Below are positions 61,969-64,000 of a stretch of DNA of 64,000 nucleotides, one piece after another. Position numbers and translations under genes: made by a program. The stretch lies in the NCBI GenBank assembly GCA_032249135.1, contig JAVVGL010000003.1, positions 62,893 to 126,892 of the forward strand. The letters run 5' to 3'. This stretch comes from Candidatus Calescibacterium sp. (GTDB taxonomy: Bacteria; Calescibacteriota; Calescibacteriia; Calescibacteriales; Calescibacteriaceae). Position 1 is the first letter of the stretch. Every line of letters begins with the position of its first letter. The notes below the pieces were generated by a model. It ran no database searches. It had not been told where the DNA came from and worked only from the letters and a program-made list of their open reading frames with translations.

Positions 61969-62553
61969 CTAATAGTTCCAACTATACCCCAAATAAACAC
62001 CTATAGCTGGGAAAAAATCAACTTTCCCAAATCCTAATCCATACCCTAACCCATATACTATCCTTGAACCTAAAAATGGGTCTATTGTAAAACCACTTCC
62101 TGAAATATATTTATACCCACATAACAATATCAAATTTGGTACATATACATATTTCGTTGTTCTCTCAAAATTTTCTACACGAGTATAAAAATTTACAATT
62201 CCCCAACTTAATCCCTGATAAATATACAATCCATAAAACTTTTTGCCTTCTTGCAGATATTCCCTAATACCCAACTCCAACTCAGCTGGAATTATGCTTC
62301 CGAAAAAGGTCATATTATTGATTTCAAAATTTATTGATACCTTCCCTATAATTTTTACTTCAAAGTTTATCCCAGGACTTGGAACAACTACTAATTTTCT
62401 TCCGGGATGAAGTTGTAAGATGGAAAAACCGCTATCAGAAAGCATAAAAGGTAAAACAGAAGTTGGATTAATAGATACAGTATATTTGTATTTTTCTCCT
62501 AAATCACCAGTTGATTCCATTATTAAGACAAAAACTAAAAATCCTGCGGGCAT
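61969..62553 (-). CDS. Small outer-membrane beta-barrel, paralog 1
   Basis: YTVSINP, PGINFE, GIREYL, GFTIDPF, GVYLGYSWNY; alternative GTG start at 62568. Confidence 0.7.
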   Translation of the reverse strand: MPAGFLVFVLIMESTGDLGEKYKYTVSINPTSVLPFMLSDSGFSILQLHPGRKLVVVPSPGINFEVKIIGKVSINFEINNMTFFGSIIPAELELGIREYLQEGKKFYGLYIYQGLSWGIVNFYTRVENFERTTKYVYVPNLILLCGYKYISGSGFTIDPFLGSRIVYGLGYGLGFGKVDFFPAIGVYLGYSWNY

Positions 62554-62600
62554 AGAGCTAATCCTCACTCTTTTCTAAAAAATTACGAAAATCTAAAAAT

Positions 62601-64000
62601 TTAGTCATTAAGCCTCAAACATAAGTCACCTCCACTCCTACAAAAAATATCTAAGTAGTGTTTGGTTGAATCTTTAGCTCTACTTTCTACCTCAAAATAA
62701 GCGTCCCTTTGAACACCCTTGGCACACGGATCAGTTGTTGTACGATCCAAACCTCCCCACGAATCTTTATTCAATACGCAATGAGCATCACAACGAGGGG
62801 GAAATCCTTTAGGATTAGCAGTACTAAATGGTCCCTTTCTACACAGGAAATCTTCAATATCGGTCCAGCCATCAAATATAAATACACCAGATATTATTCC
62901 TCTACTTTTTGCATCGTTTTCGTTTGGTAAAGTAGTTTCATCCCACCTTACTTCTCTATAATATTCCGTGCAGCCTCCGCTTACATACCTTCTACAGCCT
63001 GAGACATATATAGCGGTTGAATGGGCCCAGAAGTCTTGAATGGGATGGAGCAATCTTCCCAATTTTTCATAATCCATCTGCTCCCGAGGTATATCGCTTG
63101 AAGGGATTCGTGCTCCAGGAGGAAAGCCACGCATTGTAACTCTGAACCAAACACTAAATGTACCAAAGCTACAGCTGCAAAGATCAAATGATCTTTTCTG
63201 TAACCTTGGTATTACTGAACATCCTCTACCCCCACCTCCAGTTTCAGTTTCACGTTTTGTTCCAATAATGGGGAGAATAATAGGGCTAATGTCAGCGCAA
63301 CTACAGTTTATTAAATCATAAATAGCTGGCCTAGATATTTCCCATGCTATATCATAACAGCCAGCAAAATCACTATTATCACAATAGAAATAAGATTTAG
63401 TTGCATAAAGGCAATCAGCTCTATTTGTACCCTGAGCCACTGTATTTGCATATGTTCTACATCTCAGACAAAATTGGTCATAAGCAAAACAAACCTCCGG
63501 TCCCATATCCCAATTTTCTACTCTATCTTTATGGCGGCAGATGCTTCTTTTTGCTCCATCAGTCGTAAAACACCAAAAAGCTTCATTGATTGCATTTTCA
63601 GTTATACGTTCATGTATTGCATGCCCCTCGTGCCAACTATCAGTTGGCGGAGACCAAACGGTTTTGGTGACCCTCATTGTAGTTTGAAACATCCCTACCG
63701 GATCAACCAAATAATAAGGTGAATTATTCACATACGCATACAAGTTCAAGTCAGAAACAGGGTCAGGTTGCAGATACCTCCCTACCCTCCAATCATAATA
63801 CCTCCTCGCATTATAATACAATCCTGTTTCAATATCCTTATACATCCCATACAGCCTAAACGGAATGTAGTTGCTTACAACACCTCTTTCATACAATGGC
63901 TCTCCAAACGGACCAAATTCTCCTCTCCATATCTCCTTTTCAAATTCATCATATATAACCCTCGGCACACCTCTCCAATCCGATATTATATATCCCTCCT
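62601..64000 (-). CDS. RHS repeat protein, 3' part (5' end beyond window), with Cys-rich HET-C/VWA7-like C-terminal domain 1
   Basis: Frame open to window edge (EGYIISDWRGVPRVIYD); RHS core ending NSPYYLVDPVG; HERIT, LGRLLHPIQDFWAHS, LNKD. Confidence 0.88.
   Translation of the reverse strand, partial: EGYIISDWRGVPRVIYDEFEKEIWRGEFGPFGEPLYERGVVSNYIPFRLYGMYKDIETGLYYNARRYYDWRVGRYLQPDPVSDLNLYAYVNNSPYYLVDPVGMFQTTMRVTKTVWSPPTDSWHEGHAIHERITENAINEAFWCFTTDGAKRSICRHKDRVENWDMGPEVCFAYDQFCLRCRTYANTVAQGTNRADCLYATKSYFYCDNSDFAGCYDIAWEISRPAIYDLINCSCADISPIILPIIGTKRETETGGGGRGCSVIPRLQKRSFDLCSCSFGTFSVWFRVTMRGFPPGARIPSSDIPREQMDYEKLGRLLHPIQDFWAHSTAIYVSGCRRYVSGGCTEYYREVRWDETTLPNENDAKSRGIISGVFIFDGWTDIEDFLCRKGPFSTANPKGFPPRCDAHCVLNKDSWGGLDRTTTDPCAKGVQRDAYFEVESRAKDSTKHYLDIFCRSGGDLCLRLND
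63748..63902 (-). repeat. 155-bp RHS-core segment identical to 61183-61337
   Basis: Base-by-base comparison by eye. Confidence 0.9.

Noticed and set aside
54702-64000. Array as CRISPR, integron cassettes or a diversity-generating retroelement
   Set aside because: Repeats are coding RHS segments; no short spaced repeats, attC palindromes or reverse transcriptase seen in the window

Overview
AT-rich bacterial chromosomal window from a diderm (kdsB, BamA/TamA-family gene). It is probably a thermophile, given a Thermotogae/Aquificae-type insertion in SecA, and shows some myxobacterial/deltaproteobacterial traits (a GltF/CglF-like protein and a GCS-TM-basic C-terminal sorting tail). Positions 1-54.7 kb are heavily scrambled housekeeping genes: an isolated rpsS-rplV-rpsC fragment and lone pgk, infB, nuoG, trpA, hisB, atpH, cheA and cbiD. 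They are interspersed with small accessory insertions (two Rpn-family nucleases, a HEPN-MNT pair, an orphan DUF2281 antitoxin), some flanked by duplications of neighbouring gene ends, plus several pseudogenes. The best candidate for an undescribed system is at 54.7-64 kb on the minus strand. It is the 3' end of an RHS gene followed by an array in which all four C-terminal domains belong to one Cys-rich HET-C/VWA7-like (Zn phospholipase C/P1 nuclease fold) family. Each is followed by one or two paralogous small outer-membrane beta-barrel genes (seven in total) instead of typical soluble immunity genes. No rRNA, tRNA or CRISPR array was recognised. All calls were made by eye; no database searches were run.
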